Part shown: positions 51,323-64,000 of the stretch, piece by piece
Position numbering within the stretch: position 1 is the stretch's first letter
Layout of the letters: every line of letters begins with the position of its first letter
DNA from: Mustelus asterias
Taxonomy: Eukaryota
Direction of reading: 5' to 3'
DNA: 64,000 nt
Assembly: GCF_964213995.1 (NCBI RefSeq)
Contig: NC_135802.1
Coordinates: forward strand, 103,726,001 to 103,790,000
Position numbers and translations under genes: made by a program
Notes under the pieces: model-generated
The model's database searches: none
Told to the model about the DNA's origin: nothing
What the model saw: the letters and a program-made list of their open reading frames with translations, nothing else

Positions 51323-52979
51323 GATTGAAGTGTGTCAGGCTGGATTATATGGTCAAGTCTTGGAATGGGGCTTGAACTCATAACCTTCTAGTTCTATGCA
51401 AGAGTGTTACCAATTGAGCCAAATGCGCACATGGTTGTACTCACTTCTATTGGAATTGTGTCACGTAGATTTTAAAAATATCTACACAATTAAATCCATG
51501 ACAGAAAATAACGGCTTTTGCAGTATTTTTTGATTGATCTAATTGCTATTAATTAATGAAAAAGCCTTGAGTGGTTCTGCTAGTCTCTGATCTCACTTGA
51601 TTCACTGGCACTTTTGCATGATGTGAAATAATTGACATGTTTTAGCAACAGCCTAAAGCTTATGTTTGTACATCTGCCTGCAATCATTTTGAACATGGAA
51701 ACGTGGCCGAAAAATGTGGAAAAAAAGCCTGCAATAATTAATTGCAAAATCATTGTGCAAGTTAATTGCACTGTTTTTTCACTGAGAGGCAAGTGTGTGC
51801 TCTTATCAGCAGTCCTTATTTTGTTGTGAAAGCTTTGTAGTTTTTTCAGTAATTGATCATGATATTTCTGACCATCTCATTGCCATTCAACATCAGTCAC
51901 CAAACATGTAACTACAAGGGCAGGAAATGTGTTGTATTAGGACCAACAAGTTAAATAACAGTGCACAGAATAAGGTCACAGCTGAGAAAACAGTTGTGTG
52001 GAACAAGTAAAGCATTTTCTTCAATATAACCCACAGGGCAGTTATTTTACAAAATGTACAGTGGTGACAAGGCTCCGTACTTGGCTTTTCTATGAGGAGG
52101 CAGCCAGCTTTACTTCCACTGCAGTCAACAACTAAAAAGGAAGCCGATTCCAAAGAGAGTACTTGCTGCTGAAAGTACTTCCCAATTCTAGTGAAAAAAA
52201 TAAAGCTTTCTATGTCTTCCTTTAAAAGAAAACCCAATATTCTCCCAGAGGCTTGGGAACTACAAATCAGTTCCTTTGCTGTTCCAAAGCTGTGATGCCA
52301 TACCCATGAGTAGGAGCTGTGTGGACAGAGATAGTTAAATCTTATTGCTGAAATCAATAGGAGGGAGTCGGGATATGTGAAATAGGAGTTATCGGTATAA
52401 TGTTTGGGGCTTTAAATCGGAAACTAAGTTCTTCTGTAGCATTAACTTCAGATGTAGGATAGATGCATATTGTAGACAAAAAGTACTCCTCCAAATGCTT
52501 GGGAGATGGTTTACAATTCTTTTAAATGTGAATAAATGTAGCTGAGGGATCATTTTCTACTGTCAAGTGTTAAGAATTTAAAATGATCTGGATACGGATA
52601 GAAGATTATAATTTCCTCATATTTTCTTTCCTCATTAGCCATTGTCAGTCATACCCTGAGTGATGGTGATGGGAAGCTATTGCCAAGGCATAAACTATGA
52701 TCTATGTGGTGGATAAAATGGCTTTTGCCCATTGTTTCATTCAAGATAACACCAGTAGTCGCATGACTATCTCGAACCACAGTACGCAAGAAGCAGCAGT
52801 GCACAAAGGCTCCAAACGTCTCCCTTTTCATCAAAATTTTAAAAAACACATTACATTCACTTTAATTTGCAATTGCAAGTTACCTACAAACACGGTCGAT
52901 AAAGAAAGTAATCATATACGAACAAAACTTATTTATTCTAATCTGCTTCATTTGATCTGTCTTTGCACATGCAATCTTT

Positions 52980-54812
52980 AAAGCATTCAAGTCTTCCAGT
53001 TGTGTGCGGATTGTTATTGGTTGTTGGTCTGGTGTCTGCTGGTTCCAGGGGTGACTGTGTCTTCTTAGAGAATGTCATTGTTGTGGCGAGTGTTGCTGCT
53101 GATCTGTTGCATTTGTCGGGAAGCAGTTGACCCCTGGGACTGATAGTAGGTCCATTCTTTGTTTAGTTGGTGAAATCAACCCTTCCTCATCAGTTATCTA
53201 CTGTGAAGAAGCAGCTTCTTCAATTGCATGTGTGTGCCTGTGGTTACGATGACATACCTAGTTGTTCATTTTTGCCGTGTACAATTGAGGTGACAACTGT
53301 TTTACAAAGATTCCACGTTGTCAGGTGGGCTGACTTTTGTTGAGTGCTTTGAATGTTTGCATTCTGATCAGCTCTCCAACTTTCGAATCTGGCAATGATT
53401 TGATTACTTTATTCAAAGTGAAATTTGGCTTTCTGTCATTTTGCTTTGATTTTATCACTCACTCCTGTTAGTGCTTATGGCTTCAGTATTTTTTTTAGTT
53501 ATTGGAAAAGTAGTTTGGGTACAGTGTTAGATTAGTTGCTGAACTAGACTATCTTCCATGCCATCAGTGGTGTGTTTCTCCACTCTAAAACTGCTTTGTA
53601 CTTATCTATGCATGATCTTCTCATTATTTTGTTGATGCCTTTTGCAATTTTCACTGCTGCCTCAGACTTTGCATTTGACTGGGAATAGTGTGGCGATGAT
53701 GTGTTGCGCTGAATTTCCCAATCATTTGTGGTGTGCCGAAATTCTTCATATGTGAACTGAGGGCCATTGTCACTCATCACTGTCTGGAATGCCATGACAA
53801 CAGAAGTGTGTTTTCAGGCATTCTATGATCTCACTGGCAGTTGTTGAAGTCAGTTTGTCTAACTCCCAATAGTCTGAATAGTAGCTGATGGTGGCGAGGG
53901 AATCCATTCCAAAGAGACTAACGAGGCCTACTCCAAGCTTCACCATGGTCTGTTTGGAATTTTATGAGTCATTGACAACTCTTTAGCTTACTTAACTTAA
54001 TATTCGTTACAAGCACTTTACTGGCTGTTATGATTCTTAATCTCATTACTCATATTTGACCAATAGAGCCTTTCTTCAGACTAGACTCAATTCCTTGATG
54101 ACTTACATGGCTGTGTTTCACCATCTCTTTTCCCATCATCTTACGGATGATGATGCTAGTTTCTTTGTGCAACCACTTCATCCTGTATGTCCGATAATCT
54201 TATAGTAACAAATGTCTCCTTGATGATTTTGGATCATCTTTTCATCATTACTTCTTGAAGTGCTTGGAGAGTTGCATCTCATTGTGTAGTTTGCTTGATC
54301 TGAGCAAGATGCTTGTGTGTCAGATTCAATGTCTCTGCTGGATTGATGCCTTCCAGATGCTGTTGCTTCTTGTTGAATCTGGAAGATTTCACACTCTGTG
54401 CTAGCATCATCAACTTTCTTCAAAGGGAGTGCAGCTCTTGACAGCATGTCGGCAATATACATGTGAGTCTCCTCCTTGTACTTGACTTCCAAATGAAGTA
54501 GCATCATTTGCAAGCGCTTCCGAGCAAATAGAAACAGTTTGAGAAATATGCTTTGAAGTGGCTTTTGGTCAGACTCGATTGTCATTTTATCTCTCCCAAA
54601 CAGGTACTGGTCACAAGGAAAGGCAGTAGCCAGGCACTCTTTCTCCATCTGTGCTTGCATAGTTCTCTTTGCATTAACACCCTGGATGCCATGCAATTGG
54701 TTGTTGTTGCAGCATTAGGGTTGCTCCAAATCCTGTTTTGCTGGCATCACACTGTAGAGTGACTTCATCATTGGCATCAGAGGACCTCAGCACTGGCGTT
54801 GTCGTCACTGGT
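52980..54812 (-). mobile_element. Ty3/gypsy LTR retrotransposon pol remnant (RNase H plus integrase)
   Basis: AQMEKECLA, ESDQKPLQSIF, KRLQMMLL, IADMLSRA, then SDNGPQF..EF, SSPHYSQSNAKSEAAVKIAK, ..LEWRNTP; RH-before-INT order. Confidence 0.9.
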
Positions 54813-56304
54813 TTGAAGATCTTGCTTTGGAATTTTCTCCAAATGAATTCTCCAATTGGATGGCCTCAACAACAGCACGCCTCCCAGGATTTCAATCTGG
54901 TCTCCTGAACCTCTGTTACCCTGAATTCCTGTGTCTGCATTCTAGCACCAACTCACAAGCACAACTGTAGCTCTTCGCCACTCCGAGCAAAATATTACTG
55001 CTCCGAAGGGTTGCCTTCATCAAAACGGCTTGCAGCATGGAATCATTAACCTTCTGCTGCCTTCTTTGACTGCCAAGGCTTCTGTTGTGCCATCTCTACA
55101 TAAGGTCTGTCCTTTTTCTGCTTGCAGCCTCTTTCTCTGCTCCCCTTCCTTAATTTAACCAGGAGACCTCGATGTCCCCTGTCTCTGTTCCCTGCCTGGG
55201 ACTTCCTTTGGGACCTCTTCTTGTCCCTTGTCTGGGACCTTTCGCATCTATGGTGCTGAGCAGATGGGTTAGATGAGCCTGTTTCCATGCCATTCACTAC
55301 TTTCACAGTGCACTGGGCCTGCCCTTGGCCTGAAGAACTATAAAATGTTAGCTTTTGTGTGCACTGCCCATTCCCAGCCTGCATGCACGCAAACCCCCTG
55401 AGCTTTATCAGGACTTGGAGTTTCCAGCCCCTCTCTATGAGAAGGGTGGTTTGGATCTCACAACAGACTTCATCAATGATGTTGTACAACATTGAGACAA
55501 GATGATCTATTGCTCCAGTAGTGATCTATTTTGAAAAGTGGAATTATCTTAATAAAAGTGTTATTGAGCAATATTTTGGTGCTTTATAAATAACAACGTG
55601 ATGGTGTGAGTCAAATCATCATTTGTAAGAGATCTGACTCCTGGTTTCTCTTGCTCCTCTCTGTACATAAACACAAAAAAAAACCAAGTTTGCCAACATT
55701 CTTGTTCAATGAAGGCAATGTTTCTTTAAACTATTTGTTCTACTACTTTTCTGCCAGTTCCTTTTCACCTCTTTGAAGATTCTTGCAGCTTGAGGAGAGT
55801 AAGGACAGGTCAGGACTTTCCATAATCACAGCCAAGATCACCATGTGGTGGAATAGGAGATGAGTCATTTTGCCTGTGTCTCAGCAGATGTAAAGGGTTT
55901 TGAGTGAGGTACAGCCAGGCTGAAGGAAATGAGCAAACGGTCTTGGTGGGGCAAACAAACAAACAGAAGGGCAAGTCAGAAGGAGGAGAGGGGCTCGAGA
56001 GCTTCAACTGAAACTCATCAGCATGAAAGCATGCTCTTTTGTTTATTCTAGACCACCATACCTCCCACTTCTGCATTGGCTTTCCGAGCTCAGGATGAGA
56101 AAACAGCCTACTGAACATTACACAATCATTTGCATAATTAGCTATTGGGGGTTTGCTGGTTTTGACCATTGTAACCAGACTGAACTAGAAAATACCAGTT
56201 TACTGTCAGGCGAATGCTTGTTTAGCCTTTATAATCACTCCCCTACCCGTTCTAAGAACTTCCCTCATTTCTTGCTGTGTCCTCTTAAATGGGCATCAAT
56301 CACG

Positions 56305-56627
56305 ATTTGCATTTATATAGCACCTTTGATATGGTAAAACGCCCCAAGGCATTTCACAGGAATATCATTAAACTAAATTTGACAATGAACCTCAAAAGGA
56401 AATATTAGGACGGGTGACCAAAAGATTAGCCAAAGGGATGGATTTTAAGGAGTCTTAGAAAAGGAAAGAGAGAGAGAGAGAGATAGGGTGATTGAGAATT
56501 TTAGGGAGAGAATTCCAGGACTTAGAGCCTAGGCAGCTGAAGGGGGCGGTTGCCAATGTTGAGGTAGTGAAAATTGAAGAACAACAAGCCAGAATTGGAA
56601 GAGGGCAGAGATCTCGGAGGGTTGAGA
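56305..56627 (-). mobile_element. L2-type LINE 3' part (split by a CR1 insertion)
   Basis: ttgcatttatatagcaccttt tail; minus peptide APFSCLGSKSWNSLP. Confidence 0.8.
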
Positions 56628-57745
56628 ACATAGAAATATGAGGAGTCCATTTGGCTTCTCCAATCTGTTCTGCCATTCAGTGAGATCTCAACCGACCTGT
56701 GACCCGAGTCCATGTACCCACTGTTGACCATATCCCTTAATTGACCGAGTGCCAGTTGTCATTTGAATAAGAGAACTCCAAACTTCTACTATCTCCTCAG
56801 GTAGAAATCTTTCCTAACTTTACATCTGCAAGCCTTGGTTCTTATTTTTAGACTACACCCCAAAGGCTGAGAATCCCCAACCAGTGGAAATAGCTTTGCT
56901 TTATCTGGCCTCTTAGTTTCCCTTAATATTTTGAAACCTTCATTAAATCACCCCTTAACTTTATGTTCCAGTGAATACAACCCTAGTTTGTGTAATCTCT
57001 TTAGATCTCCACTAACGTTTCACCGGTTAGAAAATAGTCCGTTCTGTGACCTGACATTTATCTACACTACAATTTATTTGCCACTGTTTTGCTTATTTGC
57101 TTAATCCACTAATATCACTTTGTAATTTTCTGCTCCATCTACAAGACTTATTATGCCACTTATCTTTGTGTCATTGGCATATTTGGAAATATGGCTTTCT
57201 ATTGTCATCTATGTCATCGTTAAATATGCTGAAAAGTTGAGGTCCCAACATGGATTCTTGTAGAACGCCACAAATCTAATCCTGCCAACTGTAGTACCTG
57301 CCCATCATCTCTACTCTGTCTGGTCACTCAGCCCATTTCCTAACAGGCCAATAATTTGCCTTCAATACCATGAGCTTCAACATGTTCTCACAGTTTCCTA
57401 TGAGGAGCTTTATCAAATGCTTATTGAAAGCTCATATAAATAACCCCCATAGACATTTCCCTGGCTGCTACTTAAGCTACCTTTTCAAAAATAATTATTC
57501 AGTTTCATTGGGCAAGACCTATCCTTTCCAAATCCTCTCTGATCCACTGATCATTTTCAAGGTGTTCAGGTGCTCTGTCCTGAATTGTATACTCAAGCTA
57601 ATTCTCAACAACAGATGTTAGGCCAATTGATCGATAACGCCCTGGTTTATCGCTGTCGCCCCTTTTAAGTGGTGCAGTGAAATGCACACTTCCCCAATCT
57701 AAAGGAACAGTTTCTGAAATGAGAGAACTTTGGATGATTTCTAGT
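56628..57745 (-). mobile_element. CR1-type LINE fragment inserted in L2
   Basis: acatagaaatatgaggag tail; reverse of RGDLMKVSK; 'ggtcccaacatggattcttgtagaacgcc' (reverse of GV.Q.S.LGP); 'ttatcaaatgcttattgaaag' (reverse of FQ.AFDK). Confidence 0.8.
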
Positions 57746-57754
57746 TTGGGCTTC

Positions 57755-57992
57755 TGTAAAGCTCTGCAATGTTGTTGCGCTGGCGAAGGCTACAGGGACG
57801 TGGAGGAGTGAGTGCTTTGCGGGATTTGGAAACAAGAATGAGAATTTTAAAAGCAAGGCCTTGTTGGACGGGGTGCCAATGTTGGTCAGTGAGGACAGGG
57901 GTGATGGTTGAATGGGACTTGGCGTGAGTTAGGATGTGGGCAGCACACTTTTGGATAAGTTCAAGTACTAGGTAAGATGCCAGCCTGGACAG
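57755..57992 (-). mobile_element. L2-type LINE, upstream continuation
   Basis: LELIQKCAAHILT..KSHSTITPVLTDQHWHPVQQGLAFKILILV, a typical L2 ORF2 C-terminus. Confidence 0.85.
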
Positions 57993-58539
57993 CATTGGCA
58001 TAATCGTGTGTTGAAGAATCACTTTTAAAAAATGGTTTTTCAGCCTCATTCAGTGCAAAGATTGCCCATTAGATTTTGATCATTATGGGCAAATATTTTG
58101 AGATCATCTCGAGGAAGAATGCAAATATTTGGTCTGGAGTCCATTACTGAAGGAGTGCTCCAATGATTACACATTGCTTTTGGTGACTGAATATTTGACA
58201 CTCCTTTTTCTTTTCACTACTATAGCTTTGCCATCTGGAATAGAAAGATATGATGAAAGTTTGCATAACAATCTAATGTGATGGAGTGCACTGCCACTTT
58301 TCCTTTTATGAGTGAGTGTCAACTTTCAACAAAGTTGACAGACGTGTGATTTAAACAGTAGGCTTGCAGATGGAATGCTGTGGTATGTTGCTGGTTCTGT
58401 TGGTGTATACGTTACCAAGCCCTTTACTAAAGTTGTCTTAGAGTTCAATCCCATTTGACGTTTGTGCGCACAAATGTTCACTCTCAGTCTTTGGATAGTA
58501 ATCAGGTTGGGAATGATGGTTGAATTTTAGTCTTATCAT

Positions 58540-58902
58540 CATAGAATACAATCACAGAATTGCAGAAGGAGGCCATTTGGCCCATCTGCACTGACTCTCT
58601 CTGACAGGGTATCTTACACAGGCCCTTTCCCCCATCCAATCACCACAACCCCACACATTTATCATGGCCAATCCATCTAACCTACACACCTTAGGATACT
58701 AAGGGGCAAGTTAACATGGCCAATCCACCTAACCTGCACATCTTTATGGAGTGTAGGAGGAAACCAAAGCACCTGGAAGAAACCCATGCAGACATAGGGA
58801 GAATGTGCAAACTCCACACAGACAGTCACCCAAGGCCAGAATTGAACCTAGGTCTCTGGTGCTGTGAGACAGCAGCGTTAACTACTGTGCCATCGTGCCA
58901 CC
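58540..58902 (-). mobile_element. HE1-type V-SINE variant, tail A
   Basis: Similar to 41996-42347. Confidence 0.9.
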
Positions 58903-59139
58903 CATCTCCTCCTTGGTTTAGGAGTACTGAGGCAAATCGCAGCACAGCTGAAATGAGCTAACGCAACACAGACTGTGTATCTAATCTCTTCCTACTCTGT
59001 ACATGCTCAGTTGCTCAAAGGCACTACATTTCAGAACTGGTCTTCTGCAAAAACTCTGAATTAACCCAGTGGATGGCATCATTTATAATCCAGAACAAAA
59101 CTGGTGCATCTGTATCTGGCATAAGGCAGTTCATATAAA

Positions 59140-60002
59140 TCATAAAACACTGACTCAGCCTCAACTGAAGTATTGCACCTCATGCTGGGCACCACATTTT
59201 GGAAAGGATGCGAAAGCTTTAGAAAGGGCGTAAGAAAGATTGATGTGAATGTTTATAGGGTGAGGGACTTCAGTTACATGGATAGATGGGAGAAACTGGG
59301 ATTGTTCTCTTTCAAACAGGTTGAGAAGATATTTGATGGAGGGGGTCTAGAAGTATATGGACAGAAAATGTCCCAATCATAGAATCCCTACGGTGCAGAA
59401 GGAGGCCATTCGGCCCATCGAGTCTTCACCATCCACAATCCCATCCAGCCCTTATCCCCTTAGCACCACGTATTTAACCTGCGAGTCCCCCTGGCACTAA
59501 GGGGCAATTTAGCACATCTTTGGATTGTGGGAGGAAACCGGAGCACCCGAAGGAAACCCATACAGACATGGGGAGAATGTGCAAACTCCACACAGACAGT
59601 GACCCAAGCCAGGAATCGAACCCGGGTCCCTGGCGCTGTGAGGCAGCTGTGCTAACCACTGTGCCACCATGCCGCCACTGTACCACCATGCCTTTCAGTG
59701 GAAGGGATTGAGAAACAGAGGGCACAGATTTCAGGTGATTGGCTAAAAACCCAAATGTGACATGACGAAAACTGTTTTTATGCTATGAGTGGTTAAAATC
59801 TGGAAGGTATTGTCTGAAAGGGTATCGGAAGCAGAGTCAAACATGCTTTTCAGAAGGGAGTTAGATAAGCACTTGAAGGGAAAGAATTTGCTGGGCTATA
59901 GGTAAGGATGGGGTGCTGGACTAAGTAAATTGCTCTTGCAGAGAACCGACACAGGCTCGATGGGCCGAATGATCTCCTTCTCTGTGGTAACCATTCTATG
60001 AT
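59140..60002 (+). mobile_element. CR1-type LINE 3' fragment interrupted by a V-SINE
   Basis: SYMDRWEKLGLFS; after the SINE, 'agagggcacagatt' (RGHR) and the tail 'gggccgaatgatctccttctctgtggtaaccattctatg'. Confidence 0.8.
59376..59690 (-). mobile_element. HE1-type V-SINE nested in CR1
   Basis: Full copy with a duplicated head end (ccactgtgccaccatgcc x2). Confidence 0.92.
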
Positions 60003-62146
60003 ATGTTGTGATCATATACTTTTAATGTTAAAGGGTCTGTCATTCACTCTGCTGATGGACTATTTGGGTATTGCAGCTTATACAGTGAGGGCGATTGTGA
60101 GCCCGCATTCATGGTCCCAGGGATTGCCAACGTGGGTAGAAAATCTGGAGAGAATCTGAGGAGAGGGACATGGGCACTGCCCCCTGGCACTGTATCTTAG
60201 CACAGGTTGGCAGAGTTCCACTTCTGTGCTGATCAGGATGCCCGTTAAAGATAACACCCTGATATATCAGGCCTGCCGGTTTAAACCCTGCCCACTCTTT
60301 TTTTTCTCTGAGGCTCAAGATCTGGAATGATAACTAGTCTGTGCAGCTGGAGAGCTGGATGTCGGTTTTCAATCTGAGCCTGAAAAAATATAGTAAGATT
60401 CCATCCATAGTTTTACTCCAATTAAAACGGACAAGTCCTTTGTTTAAATGGAAATTATAGACCTGGCTGCTCAGAGCAGAAGCAAGCCAAAACCTCTGCT
60501 GCGTCAATCCCTTTTAAAAGCCTTAACCATTCAGTCGAAGGGTTGAGTTTGGAGATCTCGCTATGTAAACAATTTGTACCTTGTAATTTAGGGAATTCTG
60601 CAGGCCAGAGCCGATAATTGCAGATGGATGTGCAGTGCAATTATTAGTCATTTCAAGACACTGATGAAACCAGCGGAGTCAAAGCACTGTGCGAGAGAGT
60701 TAGTAGTATACCCAGCTCAGAGCCAGTGAGCCAGAACCCACACATCAGTCGAACTCACTTTGTATCTTATAGTGCAGAATATGCTAACAGGCACCGAGCT
60801 CGATGACCTCACAGGCCTGCAAGTAATCTTTAGAAAATGTTTCTGTAAAATGTCTGTCACCATGGCAGCTTTCTTTTTAATCAGCAGAATCTGTGTTTTC
60901 ATAAGAGCAGAAACAGCATTACTAGGTAAGAATGGTACCTTTGTATTTCTGCTGAGGAGCACACGAGATGGCCTGAATTCATCCTGGAGCTTCTTTTAAA
61001 TTTGTATTCCTGAGCTGCTGATCTATTTATATATTTGAATGTGATGTGATGAAAACAAATAAGAAGTTGTCATATTTGAGCCCATTACATAACATGTCCA
61101 GCTCCAAACCTGGCTCAGGCTTGTCCCAACCCACTTAGTCTCCCAAGGAAATTTCTGCAAAGTTCCTCCCTTCACCTTCACTCTACCAGGAGAGCAAAGC
61201 TGGAGAATGCATATTTAATCATATTTAAGTTAATCAGATGCTACATTACCTGTATTTCCTAGGTTTTGTAGTGTTTTTAAAAATATTTTCATTACCCTCT
61301 CTCAGTTTCTAAGCACACACAGTTTTGGAATCTCTTTGAATGATTTAATTCAAAGAACATTAATTACTTCATATAATGGTCTATTCTGTAGCCATCCCTT
61401 TGAAGGGAAAGAATTCCTACAATCCCAAATCCTGCTCATGTCTTGTTAACTTTCTAATCATGCCCTCTAGTCTGTGCTCACTTTTCAAGATATTAAAAAA
61501 AATTCATTCTTATTGAAAATTTAAAATCTCAATCATGCCTTAAGCATCTTTTTTTGCATTTGGTTTCTTTGAGTTCATTGCATGTGGGTAATTGTAAAAA
61601 GATCACACTTTTACAATGAAAACAAGCCCCAATCTTCCATTGATACGGCTGATAAGCACCCAGTTTGCATTTCACAGAAAGCAACTGGGTTCTTCAACAG
61701 GAAGTGTAACACATTCAGATGCAGTAAACTGCAGCAAAAAGAATTGAAGGTCACAAATTATACTTGTGAAAAATTGATATCACAAGACCACAATATGAAA
61801 AAACAATCAGCAAACCATCGCAATGTATTATGTGATAAGTAAGACCCAGAAGTGACAGATTGTTTAAGATCAAATTACTGTGCTGTAAAGCAGAATTATA
61901 TCCACACTCTGGTGTTTTATTTAAAAGTACGTTTGTGCATTCATCAAGCTGTGGGATGTTCGTGTTTGAGAATGAAAGACTTCACATGTTAAGCACCCTG
62001 TTCCACTTGCAGCATCAAGCGCTTAGTTGAGCTATAGTACAATTAAATGCAAAGTGAGGCTCCCCCTTTGATAAAAGCAAAATACTGCGGATACTGGATG
62101 CTGGAAAATCTCAGCAGGTCTGACAGCATCTGTGGGGAGAGAATGG

Positions 62147-62185
62147 AGCCAACGTTTCAAGTCTGGATGACCCTTCATCAGAGCT
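62147..62185 (-). ncRNA. Minimal type I hammerhead ribozyme motif
   Basis: Minus strand: AGCU CUGAUGA A GGGUC AUCCA GACUU GAAA CGUU GGCU. Confidence 0.65.
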
Positions 62186-62713
62186 AAGAGCAAAGAAAAT
62201 CAGAAGAGATTTATATTCTGGGGGGCGGGTGCTGTAATTGGACAAAAGAAATGTAAATGATGATGAAGAAGGCTGAGAAAGGTGCTAAAACAGCACCTCG
62301 TCTTCCGATTGGGCAGTTTACAGCCTTCCGGATTGAACATTGAGTTCAACAACTTCAGAGCATGAACTTCCCTTCCACCTTCACCCCATTTCCATTTATT
62401 TTATTTCTTCTTTTCATCTCATTCATCCATTTTTATTATCCTTCATTCTCATTTTTCTCCATTTTTCTACTTCTCCATTCTCGCTCTCCATCTTGCCTCT
62501 GACCACCTCACCCCCACTTTCAGGGCAAAAGCCACATTCCTCAGGCAGCCCCTTAACAATCTGTACCTCTATTTTGCCATTCACACATTCTGATCATTTA
62601 ATGGACACTTTTAGCACCTTTCTCAGCCTTCTTCATCAACATTTACATTTCCTTTGTCCAATTACAGCTCCCCACCTTCATAGTACAAATCTCTTCTGAT
62701 TCTCTTTGCTCTT

Positions 62714-62752
62714 AGCTCTGAAGAAAGGTCATCCAGACTCGAAACGTTGGCT
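62714..62752 (+). ncRNA. Minimal type I hammerhead ribozyme motif
   Basis: AGCU CUGAAGA A AGGUC AUCCA GACUC GAAA CGUU GGCU; the base of helix II carries an A-C mismatch. Confidence 0.55.
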
Positions 62753-62964
62753 CTATTCTCTCCCCACTGATGCTGTCAGACCTGCTGAGATTTTCCAGCA
62801 TTTTCTGTTCTTGGTGTAGAAGCTCCCCCTTTGACTGCTTCAACAATGTGCATTGGTCCGCAGTCTCAGAAGAATGCTCTTACTATGACATTTGCCATTT
62901 GCAGTCATTATGTGCCTTGTCTGAGTGGGATTTCAAATTTGCTGTTGGATTAGGCATTGTTTAA

Positions 62965-63362
62965 GCACATAAGAAACAGGAGCAGGAGATCATATGGCCC
63001 CTTGAGTCTGCTTCGCTATTCAGTAGAATTATCGCTTCAACTCCATTTTCCCGCATACCCACCTTATCGTTTAACTCCCGAAGAGATCAAAGATCCGTCC
63101 CAGCCTTAAATATTGTATACTCACTCATGGAACACCCACAACCTTCTGGGATAGAGAATTCCAAAGTTCACAACCCTTTGAGTGAAGACATTTCTGCTCA
63201 TCTTAGCCCTAATAAATCAGCTATGAGGCCATGCCCCCTGGAAACAACCAGACCATCTCCACTTAGTCACGTCCCATTCCCCTGTGAAGATGGGTCCAAT
63301 TTGCCCAGCCTCTCATCATAGAAATAAACCTCTCATTTCAGGAACCAACCCAGTGAACTTGC
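62965..63362 (-). mobile_element. Old CR1-type LINE 3' fragment
   Basis: cataagaaacaggagcaggag tail; 'gaattccaaagttcacaaccctttgagtgaaga' (reverse of FTQRVVN.WNS). Confidence 0.75.
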
Positions 63363-63419
63363 ACTGCAAAGAGGGATGCAAACGACAGGAAACCCCATTG
63401 ACAGCAATGGGATGAGAAG

Positions 63420-63617
63420 AGCCCTAAGGGGCAACTTAGCACGGCCAATCCACTAACCTGCATATCTTTGGACTGTGGGAGAAACCCGGAGGAAACCCAC
63501 GCAGACACGGGGAGAATGTGCAAATTCCACACAGACAGTGACCCAAAGCCAGAATCGAACGCGGATATCTCGCGTTATGAGGCAGCAGTGCTAACCATTG
63601 TGCCACTGTGCCGCCAC
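63420..63617 (-). mobile_element. HE1-type V-SINE 5' part
   Basis: Head and V domain on minus strand. Confidence 0.88.
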
Positions 63618-64000
63618 TCTCCCCACATCTGATCATTCTTGACTAGATTTGAACCTGTGACCGTATGTAACAGACTGCATTACGCTGTAGTCCCAACCTG
63701 GGGAGGATGTCAAAACCACTCACCACAATAATGTTGCACAGTAAACATTGTCAGGACCTGAACTAACTGAGAACAACTGTTACAGAACTGTGCTACAGGT
63801 GGTTGAGGAAATTCTGCTTTCATGGACTATTCAGTCACACATCGAAGGAATGCAGTAGCCTCTGATTTGGCATGGCAGCTTTATTTGTAAAGTGTTTCAA
63901 TCAGCTTGAGTTATGAGAATGAGCATAGTTGCTGAATGATTTTCTATTTTCTCAATGAAAACAGAGATCTGGTAACTCATGTTAGTGGTGTCAAAGTGTT

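Larger units (their letters stand above)
62072..62810 (+). mobile_element. Penelope-like element with inverted pseudo-LTR arms
   Basis: About 195-bp inverted repeat (62097-62291 vs 62608-62802); internal FRLGSLQPSGLNIEFNNF resembles the C-terminus of PLE GIY-YIG ORFs. Confidence 0.85.
16278..64000 (+). other. RBMS3: RBMS3 intron 1 (extends beyond window)
   Basis: No QSYAPAPHPMAPPSP / RRM (TNLYIRGL) exon seen downstream; sequence is TE-rich and non-coding. Confidence 0.75.

Noticed and set aside
51893-52357. 154-aa minus-strand ORF
   Set aside because: Non-ATG start, no motif or splice support; intronic antisense chance ORF.
55046-55492. 148-aa basic minus-strand ORF beside the gypsy remnant
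   Set aside because: No recognisable gag or other motif; left unassigned.

Overview
Vertebrate genomic DNA, almost certainly from a cartilaginous fish (shark): it is dense in HE1/V-SINE-type SINEs, HER1/CR1-type LINE fragments, DeuSINE and L2 remnants. The only clearly functional protein-coding feature is the first coding exon of RBMS3 (+, 16203-16277, MGKRLEQQPMYPQYTYYYPHYLHTK|gt), which is too short for the ORF track. Everything downstream appears to be RBMS3 intron 1; I did not find exon 2. Upstream lie a decayed UACA-like coiled-coil pseudogene (about 5500-9535) split by an antisense LINE, a ~310-bp local duplication, and a compact TATA/Inr promoter with tandem TGACGTG units (about 12290-12405). 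The intron holds a candidate alternative first coding exon (37059-37181), a decayed GalEa-type Ty1/copia element with a 3' LTR, a Ty3/gypsy remnant, and a Penelope-like element whose inverted arms each carry a minimal hammerhead-ribozyme motif. Almost all listed ORFs are TE-derived or spurious. Family assignments come from motif recognition by eye, not database searches, and repeat boundaries are approximate.
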